This document shows positions 33,102 through 45,771 of a DNA stretch of 64,000 bases, piece by piece. The translations under genes and the position numbers were made by a program. The first letter of the stretch is position 1; each line of letters opens with the position of its first letter. The notes beneath the pieces are model-generated. The model searched no databases and had not been told where the DNA came from. It worked only from the letters and a program-made list of their open reading frames with translations. The DNA comes from Pelagomonas calceolata (taxonomy: Eukaryota): positions 868,001-932,000 of the forward strand of contig CAKKNE010000005.1 in NCBI GenBank assembly GCA_918797485.1, written 5' to 3'.

Positions 33102-34577
33102 ATGGCCACCAAGCCCGACGAGCCGCAGCACAACCCCCTGCGAAGCCAGGACTCCACGGCGTCGAGCGACGACGAGCGCGCGCCCCTCGCCGAACCGACC
33201 GAAGACTGGCAGTCGTCCCGAAAGACGTTTGGCGTTGCTTTATTAGCGGTGCTCAACCAGATCGCCTTCGGCTACGACGTCGGCGCGGTGTCGCAGTGCC
33301 TGCAGCCCATTGAAAGAACGTTCCGCCTGACGCAATTACAGACGGGCTTCGTGACGTCCGCACTTAACTATTTCGCGGCCGCCGGCGCTCTCATGGTCTC
33401 GGGCGCGTTGCTCGATCGCTATGGGAGAAGGAAAGCATTAATAGCGGCGGCGTGGTTGTTGATCGCTGGAGGAATCGCAGTAGCAGCAGCCAACTCCTTC
33501 GAAGCGCTGGTCATTGGGCGATTACTCCAGGGCCTGGGGGTGGGGTGTTCCTGGAGTGCCTCAGGCATCTACGTGACGGAGATCGCACCTTCCAAACTGA
33601 GAGGGTCATTAGTAGCTTTAGTGGACGTCGCGATCAACCTCGGAATCATTGTGGGGTACTGTGCCGCGTTTCTCGTCGACGCGACACAGTTAGGCCGCTC
33701 CTTCAGTATAGCGCCGTGGCGCGTGTCCATGGGCTTATCCGCCTTGCCTTCGTTAGTCTTCATGCTCTTCGTCATATCACTACCGGAATCGCCGCGATGG
33801 TTAATAAAAAGATCACGTCCGATCGCCGCCAAGCGTAGCTTGCAAAGGCTAGCTAGATCGGAAGCTTCGGATGCGGATATCGATGCTGCCTTAGCGTCGC
33901 TAGGTGAGACGGTGGACGAGACGTCTTCGTGGACAGAAGCTACTCTATCGCCAGAGGGTGGGTATGCGGCTCTCCTAGGCGTCGTGCAGCAATTGACAGG
34001 AACGGAGGCCATACTCTATTTCGCACCGACCGTCCTCCCAGGCGGGTCCAAACGGGACAAGTTCCTGGGCAACGTCGGGGTCGGCTCCGCAAAATTTATT
34101 GGGGAGTTATTGGCCTCGTACATGGCCGACTCCGAGACGGCCTTACTGGGGAGAAGGACACTCACAATAGGCGGCTCGTTTGGCGTCTGCGTCGGTTTAG
34201 CGATATTCGCCAAGTTTTCGGAGGACAACTCCGCGTTGCCACTGCTCGCGGCGGCGCTGTCGTGGACCATGTTCACGTTCTCGCTGGGGCCCGGGCCCTT
34301 CTCCATCGTCTTCGTGAACGAGGTCGTGCCGACGCGACTCAGAGCGAAGTCTTCCGCGTGGAGCTGTTTTCTGAACCGCATCACTTCTGCTTCCGTGGCG
34401 CTGTCGTTCCTGCCTTTGAGTACGGCCTACTCGGCGTCGTCGGTCTTCGCTTTGTATGCGTGCGTGGCCTTCGGGGCCACGGTCTTCTACGCGAAGACAT
34501 TACCTAATACGGTGGGTGTGTCGCTGGAACAGCTCCACGGCGAGGGGCGGGTCGATGCCGGGCCGGCGTCGCCCTAG
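33102..34577 (+). CDS. MFS sugar/polyol transporter
   Basis: FGYDVG, DRYGRR, EIAP..LRG, PESPRWL, QQLTG, LGRR, GPGP. Confidence 0.9.
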   Translation: MATKPDEPQHNPLRSQDSTASSDDERAPLAEPTEDWQSSRKTFGVALLAVLNQIAFGYDVGAVSQCLQPIERTFRLTQLQTGFVTSALNYFAAAGALMVSGALLDRYGRRKALIAAAWLLIAGGIAVAAANSFEALVIGRLLQGLGVGCSWSASGIYVTEIAPSKLRGSLVALVDVAINLGIIVGYCAAFLVDATQLGRSFSIAPWRVSMGLSALPSLVFMLFVISLPESPRWLIKRSRPIAAKRSLQRLARSEASDADIDAALASLGETVDETSSWTEATLSPEGGYAALLGVVQQLTGTEAILYFAPTVLPGGSKRDKFLGNVGVGSAKFIGELLASYMADSETALLGRRTLTIGGSFGVCVGLAIFAKFSEDNSALPLLAAALSWTMFTFSLGPGPFSIVFVNEVVPTRLRAKSSAWSCFLNRITSASVALSFLPLSTAYSASSVFALYACVAFGATVFYAKTLPNTVGVSLEQLHGEGRVDAGPASP

Positions 34578-34878
34578 TTATTGTGCTAAGTTATTTATAT
34601 TTATATATATATACTACGCGCAGTGTTCCCCAGCCTGCGGAGGGCGCGTCGACGTCGTCAAAGGCAAAACAGCAAAACCGCGCTAGTGTCCTACGGACGC
34701 TAGCTAACTTTGCGGTGCGCTTGGTTTGGGATGTGCGCAATTGCCAGAGTTCTCGTGTAAGACCGATAACAGTGACAGCAAACGCAGCGAAAACACTGCC
34801 ACACTTATCGCAGCCACGCGCGTACAGTTCTGGTAAAGCAGCAGGACAACACAAAAGCATGGAGACACGGCAAGCAAC

Positions 34879-36429
34879 ATGACAGCCGAAGGCATCCAAG
34901 CCGCCCACGACGCCGCCGTGCTGCGAGCAGCTTTATTAGTGGGCGTCGGCGGCGTCGCCTGGGGTCTCGATCTCGGCGCGGTCTCGGGTGCGTTGGAGGG
35001 CGCGCGACACGACCTGAACCTCTCGAGCCAGCAGACGGCGCTGGCCGTCTCCATATTTGGCCCCGGCGAACTCATAGGAGGCCTGGCCGCGGGCCTCATC
35101 GGGGACCGCTTCGGCCGCGTCAAATCACTGATGCTCTCGGCACTCGTGATCGTCATCATGGCTTTGACTACAGCCGTGGCACCTTCACCACAAGCTCTGA
35201 TCGCGTGCCGCTTCGGCGCGGGCATTGGTGCTGGTTTATCTTTCGTGGCGCACATCGCCTGGGCGTCGGATATCGCACCAATAGGACGGTCCGGCTCGCT
35301 GACGTCGTGCTTCGAGCTGGCCGTGTGTGGTGGCTTTTTGGCCACGTTCGCCGTCTTCGCGTCAGGTGCTATAAAGTGGCGCGGGCTGTTTCTGCTGCCC
35401 GCGGCGCCGGCGCTGCTGGAGTTTATTTTACTTACAAGAGCGCCGGAGAGCGCCCCGTGGTCTCTGGTCGTGAAAGGGCCCGAGAGTGCGAAGGCCGCCC
35501 ACACAGATTTATATGAGAGGTGGGCCTCCACAATGGTCCCGCCCTACGAGCCGCAAGCGGAAAAACTACCCGGCGTCGCCTCCTGGGCCGAATGCCACTA
35601 CTGGTGGCCGGCGGCGGTCGCGTTCGTCGTGCAGTCGTTTCTGACATTCTTCACGGGCGGGTTTACGCTCTTCATCTTCGTGGTGGAAATCATCGAGGCG
35701 GCGGGCGGGTCTAGAAGAGCAGCCGGCGTCATCGTCGTGCTTTTTGGTGTGGCTAAATTACTCGCGACGCTGGGCGTTGTCACCGCCTGTGTGGAAATCA
35801 AAATTTTACGGCGCGTTCACGCCATCGACGCGACGCCTGCTCGATGGCGCCACCCGACACGCTAATTGATTTCCACACAGGTCGCCGCGATCGACGACAC
35901 CGATAGGAGACCGCTCCTCGCCGTGTGTTGCGTCGTGCTGGCGCTCGCGAACGGCGCCTTCTCGCTCGTTTTTTCGTCATCGAAGCCGTCGCTGACGCTG
36001 GCCGCCGTGCTGGTCATAGTGATGGCCACTGCCTTTCCCCCGGCGTTCGGGGCGCTGAACTTCGTGCTGCTCGGCGAGTTGTTCCCGCCGGCCGTGAAGG
36101 CGCGACTTGTATCACTAGAGATGCTTCCTGCGGCGTTTTTCAAGTTCCTGGCGACGTACGGTACTTCCAGAGCCATCGACAAGGGCGACCTCGTGCTCTT
36201 GTTCGCATTCCAAAGTACCGTGGCGGCGCTCGGCGCGCTCGTCGCGTGGGTAGCGATGCCCGAGACGCGCGGGCGCACCCCGCGGCAGATTCGATCGGCG
36301 CTGGTCGGTCGCCCGGACGACGGGTCCCCGGTCCCGTCGCGGGCGGCATCGCTAGCAGGGAGCCCCCGGCGGAGCGGGTCGCCGCGCCCGCGGCCGCTCG
36401 CGCGCCCGTCGTCGGTCGGTATGGTGTGA
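34879..36429 (+). CDS. MFS sugar transporter (exons 34879-35778, 35881-36429)
   Basis: GLDLGAVSG, DRFGR, PES, IDDTDRRPLL, ELFP, PETRG; continuous after removing the introner. Confidence 0.85.
35787..35880 (+). mobile_element. Introner element copy 2; intron 35779-35880
   Basis: TIR CTGTGTGGAAATCAA/TTGATTTCCACACAG; TSD GTCACCGC/GTCGCCGC; phase-0 splice restores LGV|VAAID. Confidence 0.9.
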
Positions 36430-36459
36430 TGTGTGAGTTAATGACTGTAATTAGTAGCC

Positions 36460-36712
36460 TCAAACGCCGCCGCGGTCGACGATGGGGAGCGGGAACTCGC
36501 CGTCAAAGTACCCATAGCGCCGGAAGAGCTGCGGCGAGATCACGCTACCGCCGGAGCGCGGCGCCGGCGCCTCCACCACGGGAGGGGCCTCAACCACCGG
36601 CGTGTCGTAGCCGCGCCAGAACTCCCGGAGGGGCCCGTACCGCTCGTCGCTCGGCACGAGGCGGTCGCCCGTCTCACACATCCTTCTCCAGACGGAACGG
36701 TTCAGATCAGGG
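36460..36712 (-). pseudogene. 3' fragment of an unknown gene lacking its 5' end
   Basis: GC3-rich codons (PDLNRSVW...FPLPIVDRGGV*) ending in TGA just before an AT-rich 3' junction; no upstream part. Confidence 0.4.
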
Positions 36713-36714
36713 AG

Positions 36715-37334
36715 GGCGGCCGGAGACGGACACGGCTCGGCGCATGGCAATAGGGATTCTTGGGAACGGTTTACACTATGCAAAACAATTTGAGGGCGCA
36801 TTATCCGTGGGAGAGGCCGAGTTGGCTATGCTGCGGCGCGTTGGCGCGCCAGAAGACATCATGCTCGTCGCGCAGGGCAATCTTGCGACAACGTATAACA
36901 CGCTCGGACGGCACGAGCAGGCCATACATATGTTTCGAGACGTTCATTTGGGATATGCCAGGCTCTTGAACGAGGAAGATAGATCCAACATAATAGCAGC
37001 CCTCGGCCACACGTTTCCCCTTCTCTGTCTACAGCGCTTCGCAGAAGCCAAGGCACTGCTGCAGAAAATGATACCCGTTGCGCAACGTGCCCTTGGAGAG
37101 AGTGATGAGCTCACGCTCAGGATGAGGGCGAGATACGCGACGGCGCTCTACGGGGACCCCGCCGCCACGCTCGACGATCTCCGCGAGGCAGTGGCGACGC
37201 TCGAGGAGATCGAACGGACCGCGCGACGCGTGCTCGGCGGCGCGCACCCGCTCACAGAGATAATTGAGGACGACTTGCGAAAGTCGCGGGCCGCGCTCCG
37301 CGCCCGCGAAACGCCTTCGCCGGGGAGCGCGTAA
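36715..37334 (+). pseudogene. 5'-truncated TPR (kinesin-light-chain-like) protein
   Basis: AQGNLATTY..LGRHEQA, RFAEAKALL, ARRVLGGAHPLT; starts abruptly at GRPETD with no promoter or leader. Confidence 0.6.
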
Positions 37335-37411
37335 GTAAGAGCGTCGATGGAGCTCGTCTCATGAGGCGGCCAGAGTCGAGTAGTATCCTATGAATAATAA
37401 CACAATAGCAA

Positions 37412-38988
<1,577 letters not shown>

Positions 38989-39256
38989 TTGATGGCTGCC
39001 TTTTTACGTGGGAGCTCTGCTTGACTGACTGACCGACTGACTGATCTCTGCTTGTCGAAAGGCTGCCCGGGCTGCCCCGGCAGCAGGACCTGGTCTTCTG
39101 CGCCACGCCTGGCCCGCGTGGCCCGCGTGGACGGTGGTAATTGCCGCGCACCGCGCCGCGTCCAGCGCTGCTGTGTTTTCTAGTGTGTCTTACTGGCCGC
39201 TAGCGCGCGGATTTCCTAAACGCGACGACGGGCGGCAGGAAAAAAACACAGTAGAC

Positions 39257-40951
39257 TTAACTCACCTTGAGCGCCTTCATCGCCGCCGCGTACCGCGCGG
39301 AGACGGCCTGGAGCCGTTCCTGGCCAGCGAGGCGCGCCGCGGCGGCCGCCGACGCGTCGCGCCCGGCCGCGCGCAGGTCCGCCTCGCGCGCGGCCGCGTC
39401 GGCGATGTCGGCCAGGATCGGGTTCGACTCCGCCAATTGCTCCCGTAATAATGAAGACGCCGCGGCGTCGCCGCGCTGGGCCGCGCTAGAGAGCTCTATG
39501 GAGAGAAACAGCACGAGGAAGTTGCGAATCCCGAACCCGCCGCACCCCGGCCGCGGGAGCTCTCTGGCGGAGCACACTCGTTGTATAAATTCCAGGAACG
39601 GCGCCTCCTCGTTCGCATTCGATTGCAGGATCGGCCTCGTAAAGATCTGCAACAGCACGTCGTCGCCCTGGACGTCCACCAGCACGCGCTCGCGCACCCA
39701 GCCCACGTACGTCTTCTCGTCGAAGCGGTCGCCGAGCATGAGGTGCACGTTGTAGTACCTCGATAAGGCGACGGCCTCCGCGAGAGCTTTAACGTGAGGC
39801 AGGCCACCCAACGCTTCTGCCGCCTTCTCAGCATCACAGTCTAGCGCCACGACGCCCGCGTCGTCGACCAAGCCGTTACTCAGAAGGCGCTCGTAGGCCT
39901 CCGAGGCGTCGTCCACCCTGGCGCGTTCGGCGAGCACGTCAGCTGAAGCCAGGTCGCCGTAGTACGACCGCGGCACCGCTAAGAACGCGAGACCTTCCCC
40001 ACAACACCGCCTAATAAGATTGGCCCGGCGCACGACCATCAGCAAATCGTCGACGCGCGTCGCGACGTGCTGCACGCCGTTGCCCAATTGATCCAAGAAC
40101 GACGCGACGTGGCCCGCGTCCGACAGCGCGTTGTTCACCGGCAAGAAGACCGACCGGTCGGAGGGCCCCGCGACCGTGCTTTCAATCACCGCGTCTCCGG
40201 CCGCAACGACGCCGGAGGCAAATTCGACCTGCGACTCGTACCCCAGGCAGTCGCCTAGCGTCTTCAGGAAGCCCTGGCGGTTGTGGACGTTCGAGACCCA
40301 GTGGTCGGGTTTTGCCTTGATTGACTGCGAGAAGTCCGGGTCTCTCCATGTAAGGCCGGGCAGTTCATCTCCTTCCACGAAGCGCAACACGGTCCCAAAA
40401 TCCGGTCCGTCTCCGTCGTAGTACGCGTAGGCCTCGAGCATGCCCTCCTCTTTCGTTTTTATTAACGCGGGATGCGTCTCCAGGTACGAAGCGTGTACAT
40501 CATCAACAGTCGTCTCGCCGACGCAGCGGAAGGCCAGACACCCGACGGAGGCGCGGCCCGCGTTCGCCTCTCGGGCTTCAGCCCATCTTTCATGGCAAGC
40601 CCAGGCCGGGCCCTGTCCACCAGGTCCCGTGATCACGAATGTCGACGCGTCGTCGTCCTGCGACGCGGCGACGACGACCGACGTCGCGCAGTGGGCGACG
40701 ACGCGCCACTGGAGGGCCCAGAGGAGCTGGGCGACGACGTCGCGGTTCGTCGAGTCGAAGACGCGCTCGTCTTCCTCTTGTAATGTGGCGCACGCCTGAC
40801 TTGCGCGTGTCTCGACGGCCGCGTAGGTCTCCACCGGTGCGACGGCATCGGCGAAGATCTGTACGTGGTCGAAGCGCAGGTCGAGCGGCCGCGGTGCGAG
40901 TGCTGCTGCTGGCGTGCAGCAGAGCAGGAGCACGGCCACGGCTCCTCGCAT
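39257..40951 (-). CDS. HPPD: 4-hydroxyphenylpyruvate dioxygenase-like protein with signal peptide
   Basis: DHWVSNV, GVQHVA, LLQIFT, FLEFIQR, GCGGFGIRNF..LF.SIE. Confidence 0.85.
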   Translation of the reverse strand: MRGAVAVLLLCCTPAAALAPRPLDLRFDHVQIFADAVAPVETYAAVETRASQACATLQEEDERVFDSTNRDVVAQLLWALQWRVVAHCATSVVVAASQDDDASTFVITGPGGQGPAWACHERWAEAREANAGRASVGCLAFRCVGETTVDDVHASYLETHPALIKTKEEGMLEAYAYYDGDGPDFGTVLRFVEGDELPGLTWRDPDFSQSIKAKPDHWVSNVHNRQGFLKTLGDCLGYESQVEFASGVVAAGDAVIESTVAGPSDRSVFLPVNNALSDAGHVASFLDQLGNGVQHVATRVDDLLMVVRRANLIRRCCGEGLAFLAVPRSYYGDLASADVLAERARVDDASEAYERLLSNGLVDDAGVVALDCDAEKAAEALGGLPHVKALAEAVALSRYYNVHLMLGDRFDEKTYVGWVRERVLVDVQGDDVLLQIFTRPILQSNANEEAPFLEFIQRVCSARELPRPGCGGFGIRNFLVLFLSIELSSAAQRGDAAASSLLREQLAESNPILADIADAAAREADLRAAGRDASAAAAARLAGQERLQAVSARYAAAMKALKVS

Positions 40952-41323
40952 TGTGATAGAATTGTTCCTAGCTATCGTGAGTGCATGTTCGCGATCCCTG
41001 GCCTAATTTTGGGTCGCGCTTGCAGTGCTTGCGTGTTGTGAGCTGTTTGCACCCCAGGCATCCCTAGTGTCTTACAGGACGCTAGCAAGCGCTTGGGGTC
41101 CGACCGGGGGTGGGTTCAATAAGCGACACACACACTCTCTCTCGTGGGGCCCGTGGCCTTATTTGATCACCCGAAGGAATAATCATGAACTAGACCCCAT
41201 GCGAGAGACGGGGGGGGGGAGATGTGCGAGTAGCATCGACCGCACTTCTTGTGGATCGCGCTTCGGCCGGGGGCCTTGGGGGCACCCGACGGGAGCACTC
41301 GCGGGGAAGGTCCTTCTCACCGC

Positions 41324-44303
41324 TCAGGAGAGCGCGCGCACGCCCGCGACGCCCGACCCGCGCGCGGCGTCGCGCTGGAGGCTCGCGTCGAGCTTCTCCT
41401 CGATTTTCATCATGCGCGCCTCGAAGCGAGCCGCCCACGCTGGCGCGGCCGCGTCGCCGCTCGCCGGCGCGGCGGCCCGCGACTCCGCGATGGCCGCCAC
41501 CCGTTCCGCGAGCGCTTGCGAGGCCTCCTCCGACCCGTCGCTGAGCGCGGTCGCGACGAAGACGTCGTGCTGCTTCATCTCGACGCGTCGCTGCGCGGCG
41601 CGTTTCTCTATGGCCGCCTTCACCTCCTCCGGGTCCGTCAACAGCGTCCACACGGCGGTACCGTCGTCGTCGCCGATGCGCCGCAGGCCCGCGTAGCTTC
41701 CCTGTTTATCACGTTCTGCAAAAAACGTTTTCAGCTCCCGCAGGGCCGCGCCGCGCGTCGTCTTCGTCTCCTCCCCTCCGCCCAGTACCTCCTCGTGGAC
41801 CGCGCCGAAGGCCTCCACCGAACTTTCCTGCTTCAGTATCTCGACCGAGTCTTGCGCACCCGCGCGCCACGCCTCGGGAACCTTGGGGCATGGGTAGCCA
41901 AAGCATCGGACGACGCCCGCGACGCCGTTGACCAGTGACGCCGCGTGCAGGCCGACCTGCATGACCGGCAGGAGCTTCGAAACGACCTCTGCCGGCTTGG
42001 TGATGCGAATAGGGTAGATGGATTCGCCCTCCGGCACCACGGGTTTCCCTGTCAGCTCGTCGACGAGGTATAACCACATCTCCTCTCCCACCACCAGTTC
42101 ATCGCAGGCCTTGTGGACCGCGTCGCTAATGGTCTTCGGGTTGCACTTCATGACGCCACGGCCAAATTTCGCCAAAGTACCCATCCATGTCTTGCCCTCC
42201 TCGTAGCGTTCCTTCGCCTCGGCGACGGCCTTGCCCTCCACCGCAAACCCGGTGCCGTCATCGTTCAACGTCAACTCGACCCTGGCCTGCCCCGTCGGAA
42301 GTTTCTTCTTCAGAATGACGAACGCCGTCGGCGTCGAGACCTCCGTGGCATCGAAGACGGCTCTGATCAGCGTGCTGCGCGTCTGGCGGAGCTCGTCGCG
42401 GTGCTCCTCGCTCAATCTCAGAATGGACGACGTGTCCTCCTTGACCGAGTCCAACGTCTTCTGCATCATTTCGAGTTGCTTAACTATTTCAAGGTTGAGG
42501 TTCCCCGTCGAGTCGCCGTTGTTCACCGTCGAGTCGCCGCCATGATCTGGTGGATTAAAGAACGGGTGTGTCGCGAGCGCGTCGATGATGCTAAATTTGG
42601 CTCGTTCTTTAGGATTGCGGACGAGCAGCTTCGACACGAGATCAAAAGCGGCCGCGTCCTTCAGAAATCTCGCCGGCGAGGAGCCGGGTCGTGTTCTTCA
42701 GCAGGCGCTTGACTCGTTTGAGGTCGCCGTGCGTGTTCGGGGGCGGGAACGTCAGCTTGGGGCAGGCGCGCACGTCGAGGTTCGCCAGCGCGTCGAGGCC
42801 GGCGATCGACTCCGGTAGGGCGACGAGGCTCGAGCAGCCGCTCAAGTTGAGCTGCGTCAGCTCACCGAGCTCGCCGATCGCCGCCGGCAGTTCGGCGAGG
42901 CTCGCGCACCCTCTCAAGCTGAGATACTTTAGCGCGCCCAGCTCACCGATCGCGTCCGGTAGTTCGGTGAGGCTCGAGCAGTTGAACAAGCTGAGCTTTG
43001 TCAGCGCGCCGAGCTCGCCGATCGCGTCCGGTAGCGCGGTGAGGCTCGAGCACCCTTGCAATTTGAGCTCCGTCAGCGCCTTGAGCCCGCCGATTGCGGC
43101 CGGCAGCGTGGTGAGGCTCGAGCACTCGAACAAGTCAAGATAATTCACCCGACTGTCCGCCACCGCGACACATTTCTGTTTTTTTCCGTAAAGTTCGTAT
43201 TTCCAATCGCGCGGGTCCTCGCCATCCCCAAAAAACTCCTTCAGCGCACCGCTCGCGTCGTCGTCGCGCAGTTTCCGCAGAGCGGTTAAGTCCTCGCGCA
43301 GGGATGCTGGGATCTCAAAGAGTATTGGCAGCGTCACCTTCAGCCCTTCACGCTCGACAATCCCTTCCGGCAATTTTTCGAGGCTCCAACATCCGGACAA
43401 GTCGAGCTTCATCAGCGCTCCGAGCTTGCCGATCGCGTCCGGCAGCGCGGTGAGGCTCGTGCATTCTCGCAAGTCGAGCTCCTTCAACGCGCCGAGCCTG
43501 CCAATGGAGTCCGGCAGCGCGGCGAGTTTCTTGCAATTGGACAAGTCGAGCACCGCCAGCGCTTTGAGCTCGCCGATCGCGTCCGGCAGCGCGGCCAGGT
43601 CCGAGCAGTATTGCAAGTTGAGCGTCGTCAGCGCTTTGAGCCCGCCGATCGCGTCCGGCAGCGCGGCGAGGCTCGTGCAAACGGTCAACTCTAGCTTCGT
43701 CAGCGCGTTGAGCCCGCCGATCGCGGCCGGGAGGGCGGTGAGGCTCGTGCAAGCGTACAAGCTGAGCTTCGTCAGCGCTTTAAGCTCGCCGATCGCGCCC
43801 GGTAGCGCGACGAGGCTCGTGCAGCTGGTCAGGTCGAGCTCCGTCAGCGCTCCGAGCTCCCCTATCGCGTCCGGCAGCGCGGCGAGGCTCGAGCACTGTT
43901 GCAAGTTGAGCGTCGTCAGCGCTTTGAGCCCGCCGATTGCGGCCGGCAGCGCGGCGAGGCTCAAGGAACATTGCAAGTTGAGCGTTGTCAGCGCTTTGAG
44001 CTCGCCGATCGCATCCGGTAGCGCGGTGAGGCTCGAGCACCCGCGCAAGTCGAGCGTCCTCAGCTCACCGAGCCCGCCGATCGCGGCCGGTAGCGCGGTC
44101 ACTCTCGTGCAACTGTCCGAGTTGAACCCAGTCACCCGGCCGTCCTGCACCCTGACAGCTCTGCCGTACTTCCACTCGCGCGGGTCCTCGCCATCCCCAA
44201 AGAACTTCTTGAGCGCACCGCTCGCGTCGTCGTCGCGCAGCTTCCGCAGCGTCGCAAGGTCATCCTCCAAAGACTTGTTCTTCTTCGCGCCGAAGAGGCC
44301 CAT
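41324..44303 (-). pseudogene. LRR receptor-like protein (two capped arrays of 24-aa LRRs) joined out of frame to a kinase C-terminal remnant and a helical domain
   Basis: MGLFGAKK start; LxxLxLxxCxSLxxLPxAIGxL repeats; frame break ~42665; then AFDLVSKLLVRNPKER...ALATHPFF (kinase subdomain XI) without the catalytic core. Confidence 0.7.
42760..44130 (-). repeat. 72-bp LRR-coding tandem repeats
   Basis: Near-identical units such as GCCGATCGCGTCCGGCAGCGCGGCGAGGCTCG recur at 72-bp period. Confidence 0.9.
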
Positions 44304-44725
44304 GTCTCCGGACAGGCTTCCGCTTCCGAGGCTGTCCTGCAGATGCCACTCTGCTCGGCCCCCACAGGCGGCTCCAACCAACGCGATGCGAGTCGACCCG
44401 ACGCTCCACTACGTGCGCGCGCGAGGCTGCCCTTCACTAGTTCGCCAGCAAGCAGGCAGGCGCGCACTGCGCAGCGCCGCAGATCCGGCCGATTTGTGTC
44501 TGTGAGATTGGAAGATGAGCAAGAAGCCTCAAGAAGGCGAACGCACGACTCGCACGAGAAGGATGGCTTCGAACATGCGTCTCGGTGATAATCTTGAAAA
44601 AACGGGTTTTCAAAAATCCAAAAAATCGCCGCAACGCGGGGCGCGAGCAACGTGGCAACTCTCACGTCGCATTCGTCATTTTTTCCAGCCATTCGAGGCG
44701 TTGGCACCCAAAGAAGGCATCACTA

Positions 44726-45742
44726 ATGAGCGCCTACGCCGTCGACGCGGTGGTCGTGCAGCGCGAGGACGGCACGCGGCAGGCCACGGCGTTTCATGTC
44801 CGTTTCGAGCCGACCACGAGGGCGCAGCTGCGCCGCGCGTCGACGAGCATCAGCCAGCGGGCGACGCGCGCGCTGCGCTGGGCGCGCGGCGGCGAGGACG
44901 ACGGAGGCTTCTCCGAGGACGAGGAAGAGGAGAACGACGTCCGCGTCGAGTTGGACGGCGAAGGCATGGTCACCTGCGAGTGCGTTTCTGATGGAGACGA
45001 CGGCTGGTGCCGCTTTGCCGGCGGCGACCGCCCTTCGCCAGAGGAGCTGGCGACGTGGCCTCTGCAACCGGGCCGCAACGACCTCGTCTATGAGAGCGGT
45101 TCTAGAAAATGCAAAAGCCGCTGCTACCTCTGGCGTGAGGGCGACTTTGTGCTTGCGTGCGACGTCGACGGGACCGTGACGAAATCTGACGTAAGGGGCT
45201 TCCTCGACTCGACGCTCTCCATGGTACCGACGCACGCCCACGACGGTGTTTGTGCGTTCATGGCGCAGGTCGTCGCCCCACCCAGAGCCCGCATGCTCTA
45301 CTTGACCAATAGACCCGCGGGCTGGGCAGGCAAGACGCGGGCCTTCCTAGCGAAGCTCGACCAACGCGGCTCTAAGTTACCGGACGGGCCCGTCCTCTGC
45401 CAGCCCGCCGACGTCATGGCCGCTTTTGCTGGCGAGGTCACGCATGCCCCGAACCCGTTCAAGACGAAGGCGTTACTAGATGTGTCAAGGGCGGGGCTGC
45501 GCCTGGCTTGTGGGTTTGGGAACAATGGGAGGGACGCGGACGCCTACGCCCGGGCGGGCGTGCCCGATCTGGCCATATTTGTGATTGACGAGGCGTCTTC
45601 CATAACGCTGCCGCGGGCGCACAGGTCCGCGGGGCGCTTCGACGGCTACGGGGATGCGGCGCTCGTCGAGCGCGTGCGCGGGCTGCTGTCGGACGTCGTC
45701 GATCGGCTCATGGAGAAGACCGGCGACGCTGTGGTGATTTGA
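44726..45742 (+). CDS. Lipin/LNS2 (HAD) phosphatidate phosphatase-like protein
   Basis: LQPGRN, CDVDGTVTKSDVRG, YLTNRP, LPDGPV, FKTKAL, GFGN...DADAY. Confidence 0.85.
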   Translation: MSAYAVDAVVVQREDGTRQATAFHVRFEPTTRAQLRRASTSISQRATRALRWARGGEDDGGFSEDEEEENDVRVELDGEGMVTCECVSDGDDGWCRFAGGDRPSPEELATWPLQPGRNDLVYESGSRKCKSRCYLWREGDFVLACDVDGTVTKSDVRGFLDSTLSMVPTHAHDGVCAFMAQVVAPPRARMLYLTNRPAGWAGKTRAFLAKLDQRGSKLPDGPVLCQPADVMAAFAGEVTHAPNPFKTKALLDVSRAGLRLACGFGNNGRDADAYARAGVPDLAIFVIDEASSITLPRAHRSAGRFDGYGDAALVERVRGLLSDVVDRLMEKTGDAVVI

Positions 45743-45771
45743 CGCTTTTTGTGGTAGTTAAGACAAGTATA

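Noticed and set aside
35925..36714. N-terminal half of the 469-aa ORF
   Set aside because: Alternate-frame read of the MFS gene and antisense of a gene fragment; only the TPR part looks coding.
39022..39044. (GACT)n microsatellite upstream of the katanin-like gene
   Set aside because: Short simple repeat with no evidence of function.
41096..41198. Possible MITE bounded by GGGGTC...GACCCC
   Set aside because: Only a 6-bp inverted repeat, no clear TSD and no second copy in the window.
42760..44130. Regular repeats with variable segments resembling a CRISPR array
   Set aside because: The 72-bp period is in frame and encodes LRRs; eukaryotic context and no cas genes.
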